Assembly (NCBI GenBank): GCA_019057385.1
Contig: JAHQJS010000007.1
Coordinates: 128,001-192,000 of the forward strand
DNA: 64,000 nt
Reading direction: 5' to 3'
From: Candidatus Borrarchaeum weybense
GTDB taxonomy: Archaea; Asgardarchaeota; Sifarchaeia; Borrarchaeales; Borrarchaeaceae
Below the pieces are notes generated by a model. That model saw only the letters and a program-made list of their open reading frames with translations. It did not search any database and was not told the origin of the DNA. A program made the position numbers and the translations under genes. Of this stretch, positions 60,201 through 64,000 are shown in pieces (the first letter of the stretch is position 1; every line of letters starts with the position of its first letter).

Positions 60201-60504
60201 CGGAAGGGCCTTATGGAAAGCATATGACTTATATTCCAAAATTGAACACCCTCAAGCTGGATTTATCTTACAACAATGGAAAGCCCTTGAAAAGGCCTAC
60301 TTTACGGATCATTTTGGTTCGACCAGTGTGTTACGAACCAAACTCTTATCAAAATTCTTTGGGATTCTGGATTTCATAAGAACTGCAAGTATACTGAAAA
60401 TACTTTTCAGACTACGGAATATCCTGTATCCAGAGATTTCAAAGGAGCTGTACTACTTTATTCCTCCAGAACAACTGACGGAAAGAACAGATGAAGGTAT
60501 TTGA
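57217..60504 (+). CDS. Single-pass receptor-like protein: signal/anchor, beta-rich ectodomain, Gly linker, Ig-like domain, TM, cytoplasmic longin/roadblock-like domain, helical tail
   Basis: N-terminal hydrophobic segment; poly-Gly near 59170-59240; TM LYVLPAIASILITLQV; KLRSIYIFTNEGQGLHYRTF...DSQLMSAALSGIVSLVMEAT...IFLEYG. Confidence 0.8.
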   Translation: MKSFRRICLTATVLVVLFLLIGLPNNAANYSSDTTRTLTMQPNVSLDQTADSYGQGELSTFQTSPDHLKVQSSQLTVGIQSGTTSVTLFDYDDEYQLIDSQYINTETATGKTFTQGSDGGEDESETITYDGNYDYNYPLVSTTLQEVLYETNVTGTTTGVTGATLDAADASFETLNEDTTYGSIPTEIGELHTTEDQIIYYTWFDDGDVLGVKPGKRMHITSWDTTTISGTITSVELYVKYSVESGCGNSNYIEYNSTTFDWKSTGMKPVDGQVNFVNSSTLVGIDTINKLQNINVRFLNNDSGSKEYINFEKIWIVVTVSSPVYRLNVMQEITGVSPTAGTNKICIYGKRGGTENITVQVYNTDAQWETITQINSASAGWYNTTINSSTQIIDDSYIFIRYLDTVSASDFAQDSAEIDAALFESTGAALDLYYTFSWAGDEALADVANISVYDVSKGDQDMRAYIRDFQNGLWILLNVDIDSTVSNHSDIISTNPEYYLEDGTGAIWVRYVQTSSGSTATLDVDYLEVNVHSSSTTGAAPLGDWEIDMVYNIQDFTGDRSSVTQITVVDYSNVTNLGDIVEAKIYDYTNTRWVTCFLIGEDNETQHSETFSSSASNYISSNPGDIQIRYILSSGSSLSYSLNYLEVIVETGDDGGGGDGSNGGGGGGGGDSGGTTIIRTLSAQITYNEETEKYVPAEIDVTLADDEGTFVSNASVTLTFGNEIESYELEEKEGQYRLLLETDTLDTGNYTFTISAKKTGFRDFLSSAFPFNIVVKYPFATAVQYPDYWPEYRSQAIENPLSVLIDPSLYVLPAIASILITLQVTTFAAIDPRKLRSIYIFTNEGQGLHYRTFFEEKGGVDSQLMSAALSGIVSLVMEATRSEKPLRTIDIETFEIFLEYGQYVTIATFVGKRIFYKRKIRREQKQLIDNIERRYSHVLSNWDGDLSHFYEMNQLVFDAFDFKLTKDLSKLVEGAARVQLDLVSLYSMQEKFHMSGRALWKAYDLYSKIEHPQAGFILQQWKALEKAYFTDHFGSTSVLRTKLLSKFFGILDFIRTASILKILFRLRNILYPEISKELYYFIPPEQLTERTDEGI

Positions 60505-60555
60505 ATTATTGTCTATGAGTAAGAAATAATATAAAATAATTAAAAATCTCAGTAT

Positions 60556-61167
60556 ATGGAATGGAATTCAATGTCGGAATTCATCTTTAAAGTTGTTGCA
60601 ATCGGTGATGGTGGTGTTGGAAAGACAAGCATTGCCATGCGATACGCTTACGATAAGTTCGACCCGAAATATAAAGCAACTATTGGAGTTTCATATGCTG
60701 TGAAAAAACTTTTTCATGGAGATACGAAGATAACATTGAGCATCTTAGATACAGGCGGACAGGAAATGTTTGATTATATACGCCCCTTTTATTACAAAGG
60801 TTCCAGTGGAGCCCTCATTGTTTACGATATTACGAGAAAAAAGAGTTTTAATAATCTCGATCGATGGTTTGATAACCTGTATTCACAGTGCAGAGAGATA
60901 CCTGTCATCCTCGTTGGCAATAAAACCGATTTGATCGATGAACGTGTTATTTCTACAGAAGAGGGATCGAATTACGCCATGCAAAAAGGTGTCATCTTTT
61001 ATGAAACCTCAGCAAAAACTGGAGACAAAGTTGTCGATGTTATGAATGAACTCGCCAAAGTGATTCTTCAGAAGAAAGAGAAAGTTAAAGTATTAGCGGA
61101 AAAACCGAGAAAAACCCCTAGAGATAAAACTCGTATTCCCGGCTTTATGCGACGGTTGTTTAAATAA
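60556..61167 (+). CDS. Rab-like small GTPase
   Basis: G1 GDGGVGKT, G2 YKATIG, G3 DTGGQE, G4 NKTD, G5 ETSAK; basic C-terminus without CAAX. Confidence 0.93.
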   Translation: MEWNSMSEFIFKVVAIGDGGVGKTSIAMRYAYDKFDPKYKATIGVSYAVKKLFHGDTKITLSILDTGGQEMFDYIRPFYYKGSSGALIVYDITRKKSFNNLDRWFDNLYSQCREIPVILVGNKTDLIDERVISTEEGSNYAMQKGVIFYETSAKTGDKVVDVMNELAKVILQKKEKVKVLAEKPRKTPRDKTRIPGFMRRLFK

Positions 61168-61249
61168 GCGAATTTTAATTAACGACTTCTTGTATAATAC
61201 TCGCGAGATTTCTTCTTTGATTTTCATCTATGAAATCCTCGATGCACTC

Positions 61250-61972
61250 TCAAAAGAAATAGCATTCCTTTGCTGCTAACATAGATTCTAAAGTTATATC
61301 ATAAACCTCAATAAACTGGCTACATGTGTCTAGATTTGGATCGAAAACAGGATTGAGTTCAATTATTATGTATTGAGCTAGATTTCTTCTATCTAAATTT
61401 ATCAGTTTTCTTTGGTTTACTTCTAAGATGGGAAGGTGCTGTGGAAATCGATACACTCCTGAATCTATACCGTTCATAAGAATGTTGTACTTGTCTTTAT
61501 GGCGTCCTCCAAGATAGGTTCTAGCTTTATCGAGACCTGAAGTACTTTCAAATGTCTTTTCTGCAAAGTACCCCATTAATTGTGAGGGGCTTTGGAAATC
61601 ATTTTCTTCTTCTTCTTGTTCATCAGATATTGCCATAGGATCTATAACAATCGGATTAATCGTATCAAGGAGTGGTATAGGTTTGTCAGGACGTAATTCA
61701 GTCGAATCAAAGATCACTCCAGAAAGTGTTTTGACTTTTCGTATACCTCTTGAAGTGTATCCATATAATACTGAAGGTCCTATAAGACAAGATCGCATAA
61801 ATGTTTCTTCTTCTTGTTCATGGGTAGTAATGAAATTCCAAATTTGTTTAGAGGTTGCCAATATATGTCCTTTAAAATCTACCGATCCCATAGCAATCTG
61901 ATACTGTGGGATATAAAGGTCAAGTAGCCAGAATAAAGTCGGATCTTCGCTGGTTTCTTTGATTTTTATCAC
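61250..61972 (-). CDS. Hypothetical protein
   Basis: 240-aa ORF, GTG start with upstream GAGGTG. Confidence 0.65.
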   Translation of the reverse strand: MIKIKETSEDPTLFWLLDLYIPQYQIAMGSVDFKGHILATSKQIWNFITTHEQEEETFMRSCLIGPSVLYGYTSRGIRKVKTLSGVIFDSTELRPDKPIPLLDTINPIVIDPMAISDEQEEEENDFQSPSQLMGYFAEKTFESTSGLDKARTYLGGRHKDKYNILMNGIDSGVYRFPQHLPILEVNQRKLINLDRRNLAQYIIIELNPVFDPNLDTCSQFIEVYDITLESMLAAKECYFF

Positions 61973-62713
61973 TAAGACACCTCAAATACGTCGCTACCCT
62001 TAATGTTGGTAGGAATTGAGGGAAATAATTTTTAAATACGTTTTCTGAGATAAATGTAAGTGGTCTCCATTATTCAAAGGGTTAAATTGCGAATTAGAAG
62101 ATTATTAGTGCTGGGATGCGGCAGATACTTTGCTAACTTATGATTTTGAAATGTTAATGAATTTAAAGATACTATTTCCAAGATGCGCGCGTTTTCTTAA
62201 TATTATATCAGTTGTTTGTAGCATATATGCGTTTGTGTAGATATTCGTTAAAATATTCTTTATGTTGTTCTATAAATATTCTCGTAAAACTCTCCACACA
62301 ACTAGTAAAAAACTCGTACTACGATAAGAAGAAAAAGAAATGGATTATAAGTTACTATTATATTCAATTACTCAATTCTATTTATAGGATATAAGATACT
62401 ACTCATTCAAGTTATTAAATTGTTATATTCACCGACATCTCACATCTATGATTTGATACATCTTGATTTGCAGATATCTTGATATATTTTTGATTATCTA
62501 ATGAAAAACTGATATATCGCTTCAGGAACACTTATACTGTGCAAATAATGATTATGGTCTCATTGTTTTCCGGCCAATATCAAATTATTTTGTTTCGTAG
62601 CATTTTCTATTCTTTTAATCTCCTTTTCTGCAACTATTCGAAAAAATTCGAAGCCATGTTCGAGAAATCTAGAACTAAAAGGATAAATATTTAGTTGTGT
62701 TGAAGTATGTCAG

Positions 62714-63694
62714 GTGATAAAAATGAAAATACCGAAAATTGGAAAACGACAAGCACTAAAAGTCATATGTTCAGTGGCATTTCTATTCTTTCTATCACTA
62801 GGATCTATATCTACAGTGTATGCACAAGATGGTGTTCAAGCTCGTCTTGAGACACATGGACCAGTGACTGTTTCAACGGAAGATATCACCGTACGAGTGA
62901 ATCCTGGACCTGTACCGCATTTCTGGTATTGGTCTACTGATGGAAGCCAAGATGACGCGTATCATGTGAAGTTCCAGCATCTAATAGAATACAGCGATGA
63001 CAATGGTGACGAAATGTTTGCTTCAACTGAAACAGAATTAGGTGGTGCTTCATTCTCATTAAGTAGTGGAAAATGGGAATTTAGTGGACTTACAACGGAA
63101 GATGGAGATTCTCTAGAATCTGGTGATACTGCAGACTCTGTAAAATTCAGTTTTACTTTGGTTGGACCAATACGTGGCAAGAAAAATGGAAATAATGGAC
63201 AACAAGGTAATTTAAGTACAACTAAAATCGCGTCAGAGAATTTAGTGGTCGTTTTAACTTGTCATATTAGTGCTGATGAAGGTAACAAGATGAAGATTGA
63301 TGTTTACATCGAAAATTGGAACTTTGTAAGTGAAGATAACAGGTTAGCGGTACGCACTGATTTTACAACAGATAACGGCACACATACGATAGAAGAAGGT
63401 AACGATGGTTATCAGATCGGCGATGCCTTCTTTGCCTACGAAGACTCGGCAACAGCAGATGGACAATCAGTGACTGTAACAGCTAATGCTGAAGAACTAG
63501 AGCAGGCAACAGGTCTAAAGGTATGGTTCAATTACCCCTCGTTTACTGATACTTTAGATCACGATCCAACTATTGGAATTGGTGATTTGTCAGCAGAAAC
63601 TGGTGGACTTGGAGGCTTTTGCTTAGGTACGATAGCGATCATAGTCATTCCGTTTGCTGCTCTCTTTGCAGTTGCAGTTAGAAGACGCCATTAG
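62714..63694 (+). CDS. Secreted/C-terminally anchored surface protein
   Basis: Signal peptide ending TVYA; acidic beta-rich body; YPSF...LDHDPTIG; C-terminal GFCLGT-TM-RRRH. Confidence 0.8.
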   Translation: MIKMKIPKIGKRQALKVICSVAFLFFLSLGSISTVYAQDGVQARLETHGPVTVSTEDITVRVNPGPVPHFWYWSTDGSQDDAYHVKFQHLIEYSDDNGDEMFASTETELGGASFSLSSGKWEFSGLTTEDGDSLESGDTADSVKFSFTLVGPIRGKKNGNNGQQGNLSTTKIASENLVVVLTCHISADEGNKMKIDVYIENWNFVSEDNRLAVRTDFTTDNGTHTIEEGNDGYQIGDAFFAYEDSATADGQSVTVTANAEELEQATGLKVWFNYPSFTDTLDHDPTIGIGDLSAETGGLGGFCLGTIAIIVIPFAALFAVAVRRRH

Positions 63695-63806
63695 AACAAC
63701 TACAACAATTATCATCATCATAACCCTCTTTTATTTTTTTATTAAAAGTCATATGGAAAATCTTGTAGAAAAAAATAAATTATTTTAAGACTACTAGGTG
63801 ACACAA

Positions 63807-64000
63807 ATGGAACTCTTTAAGCCTGGAAGACTAAGCGTGCGAAAATTGATACTTTCAATAATAATACTTTGCTTTCTGGCACTAGGGCCAATTTCTTCAG
63901 TATATGGACAGAATGGTGTTCAAGCCCGTGTCGAAACTAGTGGACCAGCTATTGTGTCAACAGATGAACTTACCGTACAAGTGAATCCTGGACCTGTGCC
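63807..64000 (+). CDS. Paralogue of 62714-63694, 5' part; runs off the window
   Basis: MELFKPGRL...SSVYGQNGVQARVETSGPAIVSTDELTVQVNPGPV matches TVYAQDGVQARLETHGPVTVSTEDITVRVNPGPV. Confidence 0.85.
   Translation, partial: MELFKPGRLSVRKLILSIIILCFLALGPISSVYGQNGVQARVETSGPAIVSTDELTVQVNPGPV

Noticed and set aside
61973-62713. ORF 62212-62394 or an ncRNA in the long intergenic gap
   Set aside because: Very AT-rich, low-complexity translation, and no convincing helices.
95-63180. Numerous 60-150-aa ORFs antisense to or nested in larger genes (e.g. 95-349, 1109-1486, 15062-15280, 50079-50438, 53623-54072)
   Set aside because: They are shadow frames of well-supported genes, with Ser/Ile/Phe-biased composition and no motifs.
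1-64000. Genome-wide reassignment of TAG to Pyl
   Set aside because: Many genes end at TAG at their natural C-termini (e.g. guaAB, pncA, pncB, YbaK), and the read-through extensions I translated are not protein-like.

Overview
AT-rich archaeal window. It is most likely from an Asgard-type archaeon, inferred from a Rab-like GTPase, receptor-like proteins with cytoplasmic longin-like domains and SDS22-type LRR proteins. The left half (1-32 kb) is an amine-metabolism region built around a complete pyrrolysine (Pyl) system. That system comprises pylB-pylC-pylD and a separate pylT-pylSn-pylSc unit, whose tRNA-Pyl (CUA anticodon, 15744-15811) is not in the ORF track and has an atypical anticodon loop. 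Its clear client is a dimethylamine methyltransferase (mtbB, 23756-25159), which the ORF track splits at its in-frame TAG, lying beside its corrinoid partner. Interleaved genes include two GS-like gamma-glutamyl-amine ligases, three class-III aminotransferases, a FluG-type amidohydrolase, an M20 peptidase, an APC permease, glutamate dehydrogenase and a nucleotidyltransferase/metallophosphoesterase pair. An NAD-salvage locus includes an NAD-kinase homologue with a broken catalytic motif fused to a wHTH. About a quarter of the genes here end in TAG, including pylSc and mtbB, so amber is decoded ambiguously. A GC-rich multi-stem RNA directly follows mtbB. The right half is accessory: five V4R/ATC-hydrolase-like paralogues interrupted by a DUF433/DUF5615 toxin-antitoxin pair, LRR and TPR proteins, orphan A/V-ATPase genes, a short HdrA, and tandem receptor-longin genes (one 5'-truncated and carrying an in-frame TAG) upstream of the Rab-like GTPase. 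All calls come from reading motifs by eye; no database searches were run.
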